Below are positions 20,823 to 31,673 of a DNA stretch of 64,000 bases, in pieces (within the stretch, counting starts at the first letter, position 1; each line of letters opens with the position of its first letter). The DNA is taken from positions 39,940 through 103,939 of the forward strand of contig CAYTPI010000002.1 in NCBI GenBank assembly GCA_964439625.1, in the 5' to 3' direction. The translations under genes were made by a program, and so were the position numbers. Source of the DNA: an uncultured Anaerolineae bacterium. Lineage in GTDB: Bacteria; Chloroflexota; Anaerolineae; Aggregatilineales; UBA3940. Below the pieces are notes generated by a model that was given only the letters and a program-made list of their open reading frames with translations, was not told the DNA's origin and did no database searches.

Positions 20823-23600
20823 TTAGTCTCCAGCAGCAGGGGATGATTTCAGATTACGTGTTTCAAATTGGTTCATGCGGAAAATTAGTTTCTCTAATTC
20901 AATTGCCCAAAACACAACTGAGCTTAACAGAAGACAGATAACCAACTCTGCTAGGGTCAACGGACTTGTCTCGAAGAGATTTTGCAGGAAAGGCACGTAA
21001 ATCACCAACAGTTGTAGTACAAATGTCAAGGAGACAGCCCAAATCATTACTTTATTCGATAAGAAACCAATCTTGAAGATTGAGTCATCATGCGAGCGGA
21101 TGGCAAGCGCGTTGCCCATCTGAGATAAAGTGATAACCGTGAAGCCAATTGTGCGCCAATGTTCATTGCCCGCCTGAAAAGCGACAAATGCGGCCCCTAA
21201 CGCTACCATGCCCATTAACAGACCATACATTACAATTTGACGCCCCAGTGCGCGGCTGAAAATACTCTCTTTGATGCCATAGGGTGGGTGAGTCATCAGG
21301 CCACGTTCGGCTTTTTCGACACCCAACGCCAGCCCCGGTAGACCGTCCGTCACCAAGTTGATCCAAAGAATCTGGATTGCCGTGAGCGGCAAAGGCATAC
21401 CAAGGAATGGGGCAAACAGCATCAAGAATATTTCGCCGAGGTTACTGGTCAATGTATATTTGATGAATTTGCGCACATTATCAAAAATATTGCGCCCCTC
21501 CTCAACCGCAGACACAATCGTCGCAAAGTTATCATCGACTAACACCATGTCAGCCGCTTCTTTTGAAACATCTGTACCGGTGATGCCCATAGCCACACCG
21601 ATATCAGCTTTACGCAGTGCGGGTGCATCATTGACGCCATCGCCTGTCATAGCAACAACTTCAGTCTCATCCCTTTGTAGGGCAGTCACAATCTGTATCT
21701 TGTTTTCAGGTGAAACGCGTGCAAACACCGACACCTCTTTGACGAGTTGCTGTAGTTCTTTTTCAGATAACTTATCCAGATCAATCCCCGTTATTACCTG
21801 AGTATCAGCATCAGCAATCCCTAGTTCCTCAGCGATCTGGTGAGCAGTCAGCGGGTGGTCTCCGGTAATCATAATCGCCCGAACCCCTGCCTGACGCGCC
21901 ACTCGAACAGCTTCGGCAACTTCTGATCGGGGTGGGTCAATCATACCAGACATTCCAGCAATAATCAGTTCAGCCTCAACCGTCTCATCAACCTCGTCGG
22001 GCAGGCTGTCTATCAACCTGTAGGCCACACCTAACACACGCAACCCTGATTTCGCCATCTCTTCGTTTTTTTGTGAGATGTCTTGGCGGCTTTCGTCACT
22101 TAGCACTTCGATGTCACCGTCTTTGTAGGTCTGGTTACTTAAGTCCAGTAGAACGTCAACGGCACCTTTACAAAATAGAATATATTTACCCACTTGTTGA
22201 CTAAGTGCCTCCGGCAGATATAGTTCAGCCCCTGATTTAATCTCATGGATCGTGGACATTCGTTTACGGTCAGAAGTGAACGGCACTTCGCCAACACGCG
22301 GCAAGGCATTTTCCATGTCGGCTTTACGCATCCCATAGCGCGATGCAGCGACCAACAGCGCGCCTTCGGTTGGATCACCGATAATACTGAAGTCTTTGGC
22401 TGTGTCGCGGTCTTCTTGAATACGAGCATCGTTACATAGCGCACCACCTACCAGTACTAGCTCTTCTGACGAGTCTTCGAATTCCGAGGCACTTTCAGCA
22501 TCCATGAAGACAGGCGCTTCGTTATCGATTTTAGTCTGGTGACCGGCGACATCAATCACAACGACCGTCATCTGGTTTTCGGTCAGTGTGCCAGTCTTGT
22601 CGGAGCAAATCGTTGTTACCGAGCCGAGTGTCTCCACGGCGGGCAGCTTGCGGATCAGCGCATTTCGCTTTAGCATGCGCTGCGCCCCAAGGGCCAAAGA
22701 AATAGTGACAACAGCAGGCAGCCCTTCTGGTACGGCTGCGACTGCCAGGGCAATGGCCGTCAGAAATAATTCGCTGAAATCCTGTGAACCACGCAGAATA
22801 CCGAGTCCAAATACAATGGCTACCAAGATAACCGCTACCACCGCGAGCGTGCCGCCAATCTGAGCCATGCGCTGTTGCAGCGGCGTTTGCTCATCAGCCA
22901 CACCCTGAATCAATTCTGCAATATTCCCCAGCTCCGTGCGCATGCCTGTCTCAACAACGAGACCTTCGCCACGCCCATATGCAACAGTTGTCCCTTTGTA
23001 TGCCAAGTTCCGCCGATCACCAAGGGGCGTTTCTTGCTCGTCAATGACTGGAGTGCGTTTTTGAACCGCCTCAGACTCACCGGTTAGTGCTGCCTCTTGA
23101 ATGCGAAGATTAGCCTGCTCGATGATGCGTAGGTCAGCCGGGACGAGGTTACCTGCTTCTAACAAGACGACATCGCCAGGGACAATATGATTCGAGGCAA
23201 CTGATTGAATGGATCCACCCCGTCGTACTTTAACCTCTGGTTGAGATAAGTCCCGCAGGGCTTCCATCGCCTGCTCTGCCCGGTATTCTTGGACAAAACC
23301 GAGTACAGCATTCAGAATGACAATCGCCATGATGACAATGGCATCCAATTCCTCACCGATGGCAAACGAAATGACCGCTGCCACAATCAGGATAATGACC
23401 ATCACATCCAAAAATTGATCGCGCAGAATAATTATCCAGCTTTTAGCGTCACTGCTCTCAATTTTATTTAATCCATACTGGTCAAGACGGGCACTGGCTT
23501 CCTGTTCAGTTAACCCTGTCTTCGCATCCACATCGAGGCTGCTTAAAACCGCATCAATCGTCTTGGTATGCCAATATTTTTCAGTCGGCTGTGACGCCAT
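20823..23600 (-). CDS. Type IIA (Ca2+-like) P-type ATPase
   Basis: [58 protein letters not shown]. Confidence 0.95.
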   Translation of the reverse strand: MASQPTEKYWHTKTIDAVLSSLDVDAKTGLTEQEASARLDQYGLNKIESSDAKSWIIILRDQFLDVMVIILIVAAVISFAIGEELDAIVIMAIVILNAVLGFVQEYRAEQAMEALRDLSQPEVKVRRGGSIQSVASNHIVPGDVVLLEAGNLVPADLRIIEQANLRIQEAALTGESEAVQKRTPVIDEQETPLGDRRNLAYKGTTVAYGRGEGLVVETGMRTELGNIAELIQGVADEQTPLQQRMAQIGGTLAVVAVILVAIVFGLGILRGSQDFSELFLTAIALAVAAVPEGLPAVVTISLALGAQRMLKRNALIRKLPAVETLGSVTTICSDKTGTLTENQMTVVVIDVAGHQTKIDNEAPVFMDAESASEFEDSSEELVLVGGALCNDARIQEDRDTAKDFSIIGDPTEGALLVAASRYGMRKADMENALPRVGEVPFTSDRKRMSTIHEIKSGAELYLPEALSQQVGKYILFCKGAVDVLLDLSNQTYKDGDIEVLSDESRQDISQKNEEMAKSGLRVLGVAYRLIDSLPDEVDETVEAELIIAGMSGMIDPPRSEVAEAVRVARQAGVRAIMITGDHPLTAHQIAEELGIADADTQVITGIDLDKLSEKELQQLVKEVSVFARVSPENKIQIVTALQRDETEVVAMTGDGVNDAPALRKADIGVAMGITGTDVSKEAADMVLVDDNFATIVSAVEEGRNIFDNVRKFIKYTLTSNLGEIFLMLFAPFLGMPLPLTAIQILWINLVTDGLPGLALGVEKAERGLMTHPPYGIKESIFSRALGRQIVMYGLLMGMVALGAAFVAFQAGNEHWRTIGFTVITLSQMGNALAIRSHDDSIFKIGFLSNKVMIWAVSLTFVLQLLVIYVPFLQNLFETSPLTLAELVICLLLSSVVFWAIELEKLIFRMNQFETRNLKSSPAAGD

Positions 23601-23626
23601 CGTCTAGCTCCTACTCGTAGAATAAT

Positions 23627-23672
23627 TAAGAAAGGATAGACAACACAGTCTTATGATGTCTACCCCTTCTTA
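23627..23672 (-). terminator. Long hairpin between the kinase and ATPase genes (terminator or stabiliser)
   Basis: TAAGAAAGGATAGACA...TGTCTACCCCTTCTTA inverted repeat. Confidence 0.45.
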
Positions 23673-23725
23673 CATTGAGTCTAAGAAAATAAATTTGTAA
23701 TCACAACTACTTACATAATAGCAAC

Positions 23726-24949
23726 TCAGGTTTCCTCAAACTTTAGTGGCACACGCCCAACATCGATTTGATCACCAGACTCCAGCGGGTAAGAACGCCC
23801 TGGCTGAACCGGCTTATTGTTTAACCGAGTACCGTTCATGCTGTTGAGATCCTCTAGATAATATGAGCCATTCGAGACAAAGATACGACAATGCCGTCGG
23901 GATGCTGTTCTCGCATTCTCAATACCCAATTTCCATAAGTCAATATCTGGAATATTGGGATCACTAGGATGGCTGCGCCCAATGATCATGCTTGGGCGGT
24001 CAAGCGCAATATGGCGCCCCTCCTCAGTGATAATCACATGCTTTTTACGATCAATAGCATCTGTTGTGAAGACTTGATTCATCATGGCTGTATCAGGCAG
24101 ATTCGCGATTATCGGCTTTGAGTCTGCTCCGATGATGTCTTCAATACGGGATACAACCGTCCGAGCAGATCCAATGCGTTTATCAATATCAACCGCTAAC
24201 ATGTCATCGACAAGGCTTACAATCGGTTTAGAGACTCCAACCAATGGGTCAAGGTCACCGATAATAATACGCGATGCAATCGTACCAAACTCACGATCTT
24301 GGATTGGTAAGGCCGCCGCCAACATTTCGTAGAGGACGATCCCCATCGCGTAAATATCTGCTCGATGATCGACATCACGCGACTCTAAGATTTGCTCAGG
24401 TGGTGCATAGTGCAGTGTGCCTGCAAAATGGGACGGGCCGGTAATAGTTGTATGGTCTGCTGACTTGGCAATACCAAAATCGATAATCTTAGCATTACGG
24501 TCAGGCGTCACCATAATATTTTGTGATTTCACATCGCGATGCACAATGCCACGACTGTGAATATCTGCTAAGCCAATTGCCACCTGTCGGATAATCGAGA
24601 GTGAGTCGTGTTCATCAAATGCGCCACGCATATCAATGAGGTCGGCGAGCGTGTGGCCCTCGACAAACTCTGCAATGATGTAACTAAGTTTTTCATCCAG
24701 CTCGCTGTGATGCTCATTTAACGCATAGTCATATAGTTTGATGATGTATTCATTGTTAAGCTTGCGCAGCAGATCGATCTCGCGCTCGAAACGGGCCATA
24801 AAATGCTCGTCGATCAGGTGGTTGTGCATCAACTTCAACACCACCATCTGCCCAGATTGTGAGTCGCGGGCCAAATACACTGTCGCTGCCCCGCCAGAAC
24901 CTAGCCGGTCGTAAACGCGATATCTGTTTCTCAGTGTGTGCCCGATCAA
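23726..24949 (-). CDS. Cytoplasmic Ser/Thr protein kinase with a C-terminal FHA domain
   Basis: GSGGAATVY, VVLK, HRDVKSQN, DFGIA, GTLHYAPPEQ; FHA motifs IIGR, SRRH, DLNSMNGT. TTG start. Confidence 0.93.
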   Translation of the reverse strand: MIGHTLRNRYRVYDRLGSGGAATVYLARDSQSGQMVVLKLMHNHLIDEHFMARFEREIDLLRKLNNEYIIKLYDYALNEHHSELDEKLSYIIAEFVEGHTLADLIDMRGAFDEHDSLSIIRQVAIGLADIHSRGIVHRDVKSQNIMVTPDRNAKIIDFGIAKSADHTTITGPSHFAGTLHYAPPEQILESRDVDHRADIYAMGIVLYEMLAAALPIQDREFGTIASRIIIGDLDPLVGVSKPIVSLVDDMLAVDIDKRIGSARTVVSRIEDIIGADSKPIIANLPDTAMMNQVFTTDAIDRKKHVIITEEGRHIALDRPSMIIGRSHPSDPNIPDIDLWKLGIENARTASRRHCRIFVSNGSYYLEDLNSMNGTRLNNKPVQPGRSYPLESGDQIDVGRVPLKFEET

Positions 24950-25101
24950 TCTTCTCGCTCCTGGATGTCAACTGCTCTATGTGCTTATTATACCGACATT
25001 CTGATAATTGACGCTCATGATACGCTGGGCTATTACCCGCAACACTTGATCAGCTATTAGGATGTATGATAATAACGGATGGAAATTAAAAGAAAGGAGA
25101 C

Positions 25102-25572
25102 ATGGCTATGCCTCAATGTGTAAGCTGTGGTGGTAACTACTTTAATACGGAACCACGCTGCCCTTTTTGCCAAACAGAAAACCCGACATACCAAACAGCT
25201 ACCGGCACCTTCGATTCACTCTTGAACGCAGGCCGGGCAGCCATGCAAAGCGGTGACTTTACCACGGCTGCAGATTTTTTTAGGCAAGCGCTGACGGCTG
25301 CCCCAGATGCCTTTGATGTATATTTCTACCTTGCACACTGCTTGACCGAACTAAAGCAGTATTCTGAATCAGCACAATGGATGGAAAAGGCCCTTACATT
25401 TGACCCAGAACATCCATCAATTCTGTATAATCTTGGTATTACCCTCAAATACAGTGGGCACTCCGACAAGGCTCGCCAATATTTTGAGCAGGCACAGACT
25501 GTGCTACAGAAGTATCCGGAGCGCTATAACACAGATTACTTAGGCCCAGCCTTAGACAAGGAACTCAACTAG
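25102..25572 (+). CDS. Zinc-ribbon plus TPR protein
   Basis: N-terminal CxxC...CxxC followed by about 3 TPR motifs; strong AGGAG RBS. Confidence 0.85.
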   Translation: MAMPQCVSCGGNYFNTEPRCPFCQTENPTYQTATGTFDSLLNAGRAAMQSGDFTTAADFFRQALTAAPDAFDVYFYLAHCLTELKQYSESAQWMEKALTFDPEHPSILYNLGITLKYSGHSDKARQYFEQAQTVLQKYPERYNTDYLGPALDKELN

Positions 25573-25577
25573 AAACC

Positions 25578-25910
25578 TTATTCTAACGCCTCGAAGTTGA
25601 GCAGATAAACTGAGGCCCTTCGATCATAAAGGAAAAGTAAGATAAGCTGCTGAGCAGGATCATAGGCAGACAATGCCTGCTTTACTTGCTGAGCAATATC
25701 GGCTTTGCTATCCAATGCCAACAAGTTTGCGTCTTCAAGTGCCTTGGTCGAGAGGTAACGTAACTCAGTTACACCTGCCGACATCTGCGCCATTGCCACT
25801 AGCACGATGCCTCGCCCCTCAACTGCAAACTGGCTCTTGGCAAATTGAACCAGCATCGAGCGACGCTGCTCAATCAATTGATTCTCTCGCTCAAGACGAT
25901 CAGCCGTCAA
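25578..25910 (-). CDS. Hypothetical protein
   Basis: 110 aa; overlaps the stop of the NUDIX gene, consistent with translational coupling; GRGIV...YDP pattern. Confidence 0.65.
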   Translation of the reverse strand: MTADRLERENQLIEQRRSMLVQFAKSQFAVEGRGIVLVAMAQMSAGVTELRYLSTKALEDANLLALDSKADIAQQVKQALSAYDPAQQLILLFLYDRRASVYLLNFEALE

Positions 25911-26475
25911 GGGCAGGTACTTTCAATTTGCCCAGCCGATACGCAGCCCAGCCCAACCCAATCAACGTTTTGCTGTCGATAATATTGTTTGTAAAGGCCA
26001 GTTTGAGGGCATTATCAAACGGCATTTTTTCCACAGCGATGTATTCATCATCGTCCGCCTCTAATTCTGATTTCGTTAAGTCTTCAGCCAAGTAAATCGT
26101 GATCATCTCAGTTGTGTAAGAGGCCGCTACATAAAAATCACCCAAGGTAGTTAACTTACCAGGGTAATATCCGATCTCTTCTTGAAGCTCGCGCCGAGCT
26201 GTGACAATGCGTTCTTCATCTGGTTCTACGGTTCCCGCAGGCAGTTCCAATAATACCTGTTTTGCCCCCCCGCGATATTGGCGAACGAGATAGATGTTGC
26301 CCTCAGAGTCGATAGGTACAAGTGCCACTGCACCAGAATGAACAACTAGCTCCCGTGTATACTGGTTACCATCGCCAACTTCGACTGTGTTCACTTGTAG
26401 ATGCACAATCTTGCCATCGAAGATTTGCTCGCTGTTGACGATTTCCTCTGTTGGTGGGTCTTTCTTTTCGCTCAT
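25900..26475 (-). CDS. nudF: NUDIX hydrolase, ADP-ribose pyrophosphatase type
   Basis: Nudix box ELPAGTVEPDE...ARRELQEEIG, LVRQYR, IIDSKT. Confidence 0.9.
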   Translation of the reverse strand: MSEKKDPPTEEIVNSEQIFDGKIVHLQVNTVEVGDGNQYTRELVVHSGAVALVPIDSEGNIYLVRQYRGGAKQVLLELPAGTVEPDEERIVTARRELQEEIGYYPGKLTTLGDFYVAASYTTEMITIYLAEDLTKSELEADDDEYIAVEKMPFDNALKLAFTNNIIDSKTLIGLGWAAYRLGKLKVPALDG

Positions 26476-26497
26476 GATGGTAGCTCCCTAATGCTAC

Positions 26498-26528
26498 AAA
26501 AAAAGACTACCATCTGGCAGTCCTTTTT
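26498..26528 (-). terminator. Intrinsic terminator after the LysM lipoprotein gene
   Basis: GACTACCA-TC-TGGCAGTC hairpin with A7 and T5 flanks. Confidence 0.55.
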
Positions 26529-26554
26529 GAGACCATAAATCTAATAGTAAGGTC

Positions 26555-27340
26555 TTACTCCTGCGGAATACGGATCACTTGCCCGATAAAGATCGAGTTA
26601 ACGTCTGTAATCTCGTTGAACGATGCAAGTTCTTGCGCTGTCAGATTATTATCGATGGCGATACTATAGAGCGTATCACCTGGTTCAATTATGTATTCCG
26701 TGAATTTCCCTGTGGGTTGTGGTGTTGTTGCATTACCTATGATGCCCGGAATAATAATCGTCTGCCCAGCAGAGATTGCTTCCGCATTTGTGATGCCATT
26801 TGCGGCTGCGATCTGCTCAACGGTAACGTCAAAGCGTTGGGCAATCCTAAACAAGTTATCGCCCACTTGGACTGTGTACTCCTCACCACCTTCGACACCC
26901 ACAACTTGTGTCGGGGTAGGCACCTCTTCGGTCTCTGGAGCCTCTTCGGTTGGCTCCTCCACAGGTGTCTCTTCAGTGGTAGGCTCTTCTGTTTCTTCGC
27001 TTACTTCTTCAGAACCATCTTCTTCAGTTTCATTAACCTCGTCGTTTTCGTCTTCAGCCTCTTCTTCCTCCGGGACGATCAAGTCACCATCTTCTTCGGC
27101 TTCTTCCTCTTCAGGCTGTGACTCAACAGCTTGCTGAGTTTGTGTCGCAAACAGATCGACGGTTTCAGCCTCTGGCTCTTCAGGATTTTGTTCTTCCGGA
27201 ACAGGCAGCGGGTCACCACTAGGTTCAAATTCTGTCAGGGGAACAGGGTCTGACCCCGGCAGTACACACCCAGCCAGTGTCAATGAGAGCAAAAAAACAA
27301 TCAGTAAGGCCCCCGATAAGCGGCGCGTGGACTGAGTCAT
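26555..27340 (-). CDS. Lipoprotein with a Glu-rich linker and two LysM domains
   Basis: Lipobox LAGC; LysM motifs YTVQVGDNLFRIAQRF and YIIEPGDTLYSIA. Confidence 0.92.
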   Translation of the reverse strand: MTQSTRRLSGALLIVFLLSLTLAGCVLPGSDPVPLTEFEPSGDPLPVPEEQNPEEPEAETVDLFATQTQQAVESQPEEEEAEEDGDLIVPEEEEAEDENDEVNETEEDGSEEVSEETEEPTTEETPVEEPTEEAPETEEVPTPTQVVGVEGGEEYTVQVGDNLFRIAQRFDVTVEQIAAANGITNAEAISAGQTIIIPGIIGNATTPQPTGKFTEYIIEPGDTLYSIAIDNNLTAQELASFNEITDVNSIFIGQVIRIPQE

Positions 27341-27493
27341 AGCTAGGGTGTCCTCCCAGAGGGGTCGGCAGGGTCAGATAACAGGTGTTTGGATGAATTC
27401 ACTCTACGCATTATTGTCAGAATATGCGACGCCTTGAGTATAACGAATTCATAGAGCACTATATCATTGCTTAGACCGAGACGCAACAGCTAC

Positions 27494-28549
27494 CTAGCCA
27501 GAGCGATAGCGGCCTCTAACGATGTTCAACATGTCTGTGAACATCCCGTAGGCCGTCGTATCGGGGCCCGGATTATTCTCCACTAAGGTCAGCTTGTTCA
27601 ATGTATCAGCTTCATAATCAATGATGTTACTCGTGCCTGTTACTCGCGCTATGTTACTATTCTCATCGACTTGCTGCGGGCCAACACTAAGAGAAATTTC
27701 TCCATCCTCACTGCGGGCAGCTTCACAGACCAAGCGCGTCCGCTGCCCGTTTTTGATGGCTTCTTGCAACACGGATAGTTCTATGCCACGGATACCAGTT
27801 GGGTTGGCGTCTTTCGGGCGGAAGTCTCCCCCCATTAACACGTTCGCAAGAATGACTGTTTTAATGGCAGAATCCCATCCATCAACGTCGAGCGTTGGAT
27901 CTGTCTCTGCCACGCCAATTTTCTGCGCTGCTGTTAAGGCTTCATCAAATGGCAGCGACTCTTCTTCCATCCGAGATAGGATGTAATTCGTCGTACTGTT
28001 GAAGATGCCTCGTACCCGCTTGATGTTGGATGCGGGGAGCCCTTCGCGCCAAACGCTGAATACGGGTGCACCATCCATGACGGTTGACTCAAAGAACAGG
28101 CCAACATCCTTGCGCTCGGCCAATTCACTTAACTCGCGGTAACCGTGTGCAATCGGCCCTTTATTTGCCGTTACAACGTGCATTCCCTTTTCGAGCGCAC
28201 CAAAGATGTAGGCCAGCGCCGGCTGACCATCATCTGGGTTTGTAGGCGTCGCCTCAAAGACAAGATCAGCTTCAACAGCAGATAGAAGCCCTGTGGTATC
28301 ATCGTCAGCAATATCTGGGCCGTTGTGCAGCGACTGCAAACGTTCACCTGCATTTTTGAGCCGCAATGCTTCAGCGAGATCGATACCGGCGGCATCCATT
28401 ACCTGACCATGGCGCCCAGTAGCAATACCAACGACGTTTACTTCAAGGTCAAAGTCTGTTTTTAGCGTGTCTGCTTTGCGCATCAATAATTCAGCGAGTG
28501 CGCGGTGTACATTACCAAACCCAAGAAAGATCACTTTTAGAGTTGTCAT
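27494..28549 (-). CDS. hom: Homoserine dehydrogenase without an ACT domain
   Basis: LGFGNV, HVVTANKGP, FESTVMDGAP, GIFNSTTNYIL, AETDPTLDVDGWDSAIK. Confidence 0.92.
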   Translation of the reverse strand: MTTLKVIFLGFGNVHRALAELLMRKADTLKTDFDLEVNVVGIATGRHGQVMDAAGIDLAEALRLKNAGERLQSLHNGPDIADDDTTGLLSAVEADLVFEATPTNPDDGQPALAYIFGALEKGMHVVTANKGPIAHGYRELSELAERKDVGLFFESTVMDGAPVFSVWREGLPASNIKRVRGIFNSTTNYILSRMEEESLPFDEALTAAQKIGVAETDPTLDVDGWDSAIKTVILANVLMGGDFRPKDANPTGIRGIELSVLQEAIKNGQRTRLVCEAARSEDGEISLSVGPQQVDENSNIARVTGTSNIIDYEADTLNKLTLVENNPGPDTTAYGMFTDMLNIVRGRYRSG

Positions 28550-28699
28550 AAGATTATTTTGCCGCTTTTTGTGAAGGTATTAGGCTAAAGGTACCGTATC
28601 AGCAGGAGCGCGGTCAACCAAAACGACAAAGTGACAAATCTGCACAGAGGGTAGTGACGTGGTACACTCGCCGCGATATTTCAAGGGATACTAGTATTC

Positions 28700-29746
28700 A
28701 TGCGCAACTGGAAGCAGATCGTCTTTCTTTTCGTCGGGTTCGGCATTAGTGTCATTTTCGTCTACCTCGCCCTGAGTGGGCTTAACCTCGGCGAAGTTTG
28801 GCGCAACATGCAGACAGCCAATTATGTTTGGCTACTCCCTGGGGGAGGTGTCTATTTTCTAGCTGTTTGGGCTCGCACGTGGCGTTGGCACTATATGCTG
28901 CGGCCTATCAAAGCCATCCCTCTTCGACGATTGTTCCCTGTCGTGGTGATCGGCTATATGGGCAACAATGTCTATCCTTTTCGTGCGGGTGAAGTGATTC
29001 GAGCGTGGGTGCTCAAGCGTAATGAAGACGTTCAGATCAGTGCATCGTTGGCAACCATCATTGTTGAGCGCATCTTCGATGGTCTGGTGATGCTGTTATT
29101 TGTCTTTGTCGCCTTGCCATTTGCTCCGATTCCGGAGCCCTTTGATAATATCGTTGTTGGAATGACGGCGTTATTTTTTGGCGCACTACTGATCTTCTTT
29201 GTATTAGCGCTGAAACCCGCTTTTACCCGCACACTATACACTTGGCTTGCTGATCGCTTTATCCCCGCGAAGGGTCTTCGTGAAAAATTAGTTGCGGTAG
29301 CAGATCGCTTCTTCGAAGGCTTAGCATCACTACGCAGCCCAATTGATATGTTTTGGATTATGATGGCCTCGACGCTGATATGGCTCACAGAAACAGGTAA
29401 GTACTGGTTTGTGATGCATGCCTTTGACTTTGAAGTCAGTTTCTTTGTCTTGATGTTAATGACGGCTGTCGTCAACTTTGCAACCACCCTTCCGAGTTCG
29501 CCTGGTTACATCGGAACCTTTGATGAACCGGGGATTGAAATCTTGAAGGCATTCGGGGTTAATGCGAATGTAGCGGCATCTTATACGTTGGTGCTGCATG
29601 CTGCACTCTGGCTACCAATAACCCTATTAGGCATTTATTACATGCTACGGCAGGGCCTTGGCTGGAAGGACTTCAAACGAGCACAACAGGAAGTCAACTC
29701 TGAGGCAGCACCTCTCGAACAGGAAGCGACGGTTTCAGCCAAATGA
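28700..29746 (+). CDS. UPF0104 / lysylphosphatidylglycerol-synthase TM (flippase-like) protein
   Basis: RTWRW, GYMGNNVYPFRAGEVIR, ERIFD, PSSPGYIGTF. Confidence 0.9.
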   Translation: MRNWKQIVFLFVGFGISVIFVYLALSGLNLGEVWRNMQTANYVWLLPGGGVYFLAVWARTWRWHYMLRPIKAIPLRRLFPVVVIGYMGNNVYPFRAGEVIRAWVLKRNEDVQISASLATIIVERIFDGLVMLLFVFVALPFAPIPEPFDNIVVGMTALFFGALLIFFVLALKPAFTRTLYTWLADRFIPAKGLREKLVAVADRFFEGLASLRSPIDMFWIMMASTLIWLTETGKYWFVMHAFDFEVSFFVLMLMTAVVNFATTLPSSPGYIGTFDEPGIEILKAFGVNANVAASYTLVLHAALWLPITLLGIYYMLRQGLGWKDFKRAQQEVNSEAAPLEQEATVSAK

Positions 29747-31086
29747 AGATAGCAATTATCGGTGCTGGGGCTGCTGGCTTAGCCGCAGCCTATGATTTGT
29801 CTCAGGCGGGTCATACAGTTGACATCTATGAAGCAGGTCCAGAGGTCGGTGGACTGGCAGCAGGCTTCAAGAAAGATACCTGGGATTGGTATCTTGAGAA
29901 GTTCTACCACCACTGGTTCTCAAATGATGATGACATTCTTGACTTACTCAAAGAACTCCACCTCGGCGACGGCATCGAGTTCTTCTCACCAGTCACCAGC
30001 CTGTGGCATAAGAACCGCATCATTCCACTTGATCGCCCAGTCACCAGCAGCGCCCTGATTTCGAGGGCTATCAACATTTTGACGATTAAAGAAATCCCCC
30101 TGTTTGATCGCCTGCGCTTTGGAGCAATGGGCTTTTACTTGACCAAGCTACAGGACGGCACCAAACTCGAAGCAACAACGGCTAACGCATGGTCGCGGAA
30201 GTGGGTCGGCAAAGCAGCCCACGATCTCATCTGGCGCCCCATGTTGATCGGCAAGTTTGGGCCACGCTATGACAAAGTTAATATGGCATGGTTGTGGGCC
30301 CGAGTTTATAAACGCACAGCTGAACTCGGCACATATAAAGGCGGCTTCCAGAAAGCGCTTGATGATATAGCAGTTCAACTACAATCTACCGGCGTAACCA
30401 TCGAGTTAAACACACCAGTGACCAAAATCCGAGCAAGTGAAGACAGTGGTCTTTGCCTCATGATTAAAGGCACGGAGTATCACTACGATCAAGCACTATG
30501 TACCGCAGGGCCGGGCGTCATGCTCAAACTAACAGCCGATCTACCAGACGCTTATGTGCATCAACTAGACCAGCTTCAGAGTACCGGCGCACAAGTACTG
30601 ATCATTTCGCTTGATCGGCAGTTGATGACTGATGGCACTTACTGGCTCAACCTGCCAGCACCCAGTACAGAAAAATCAGAGAATCCGTTTCCATTCCTAG
30701 CTCTTGTGGAACATACTAATGCCCTCGACAAGGCCCACTACGATGGTGAGCATCTTCTATATCTCGGTGATTATCTCGATACAGACCACCCATATTACCT
30801 AATGGACAAAGATGCGCTGCTCAAACTGTACACCGACTCTCTGACGAAAGTGAACCCAGACTTTGACCCTAGTTGGATCGTTGATAGCTGGTTGTTCCGG
30901 GCACCATATGCCCAGCCAATCCCCACTATCGGACACTCACAGAACATTCCAGCAATTAAAACACCGCTTGACGGCCTCTACTTTGCTTCCATGAGTCAGG
31001 TATACCCGTGGGATCGTGGCACGAATTACGCCGTTGAGATCGGACGCAGGTCAGCTAGATTAATGCTGGAGAATGCCACAACGTGA
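29743..31086 (+). CDS. FAD-dependent oxidoreductase (amine oxidase/PPO-like)
   Basis: IIGAGAAGLAAA, GGLAAG, LEKFYHHWF, YAQP, QVYPWDRGTNYAVE. Confidence 0.9.
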   Translation: MKIAIIGAGAAGLAAAYDLSQAGHTVDIYEAGPEVGGLAAGFKKDTWDWYLEKFYHHWFSNDDDILDLLKELHLGDGIEFFSPVTSLWHKNRIIPLDRPVTSSALISRAINILTIKEIPLFDRLRFGAMGFYLTKLQDGTKLEATTANAWSRKWVGKAAHDLIWRPMLIGKFGPRYDKVNMAWLWARVYKRTAELGTYKGGFQKALDDIAVQLQSTGVTIELNTPVTKIRASEDSGLCLMIKGTEYHYDQALCTAGPGVMLKLTADLPDAYVHQLDQLQSTGAQVLIISLDRQLMTDGTYWLNLPAPSTEKSENPFPFLALVEHTNALDKAHYDGEHLLYLGDYLDTDHPYYLMDKDALLKLYTDSLTKVNPDFDPSWIVDSWLFRAPYAQPIPTIGHSQNIPAIKTPLDGLYFASMSQVYPWDRGTNYAVEIGRRSARLMLENATT

Positions 31087-31619
31087 CTGATAAACTGTCT
31101 GGCTTGCTAGCCCACCTGGATGAGTATGTACCTTTCGACGATACCGAAGCCGCTTTTGCCAAGCGTTTCCAGCAGCTGATTGCCTCAGTTGCAGACCCGT
31201 TCAGCCACGAAACACACCCCGGGCATATTACCTCCTCAGCAGTGCTCTATTGGCCTATAGCGGCAGAAGTATTTCAAGTCTGGCATGTGAAGGCTGAGCA
31301 GTGGTTCCAACCCGGCGGGCACGTCGAAACAGATGATAAAACCGTCTTTGATAGTGCCCTGCGCGAGTTAATCGAAGAGACAGGCTTTACAGCTGAGAAC
31401 ATTAAGCCATTGCAATCGAGTATTTTTGACATCGACATACACCCAGTCGATGTTGGAGATAAACGCCACGATCACTATGATGTTCGTTATCTCTTTACAC
31501 TTCATCAGATGCAAGCCGCTAGCCCAGAGAGTAAAGGGCGGTGGATCAGTCTGAGTCACATGGATGACACACATGGCCCCTCTCAACAACGGTACACACG
31601 TAAGTTGCTCAACTGGTAA
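31083..31619 (+). CDS. NUDIX hydrolase
   Basis: GHITSSA, WFQPGGHVE...ALRELIEETG, DIDIH, HYDVRY; GTGA overlap with the upstream gene. Confidence 0.9.
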   Translation: MTDKLSGLLAHLDEYVPFDDTEAAFAKRFQQLIASVADPFSHETHPGHITSSAVLYWPIAAEVFQVWHVKAEQWFQPGGHVETDDKTVFDSALRELIEETGFTAENIKPLQSSIFDIDIHPVDVGDKRHDHYDVRYLFTLHQMQAASPESKGRWISLSHMDDTHGPSQQRYTRKLLNW

Positions 31620-31621
31620 GC

Positions 31622-31656
31622 AAAAACGGACACCATCTGGTGCCCGGTCTCGTTTT
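31622..31656. terminator. Bidirectional terminator between the NUDIX gene and acs
   Basis: CACCA-TC-TGGTG core within AAAACG...CGTTTT. Confidence 0.5.
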
Positions 31657-31673
31657 CTGCTTCAAACTGTAAT

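Noticed and set aside
23601-23725. Possible yybP-ykoY (Mn2+) riboswitch upstream of the P-type ATPase
   Set aside because: Only AAGGGG and one hairpin are present; the GAGUA, AUAC loop and GAGAC elements are not visible.
26579-27137. Two long plus-strand ORFs, Phe-rich and Ser-rich
   Set aside because: They mirror the low-complexity Glu-rich linker on the minus strand.
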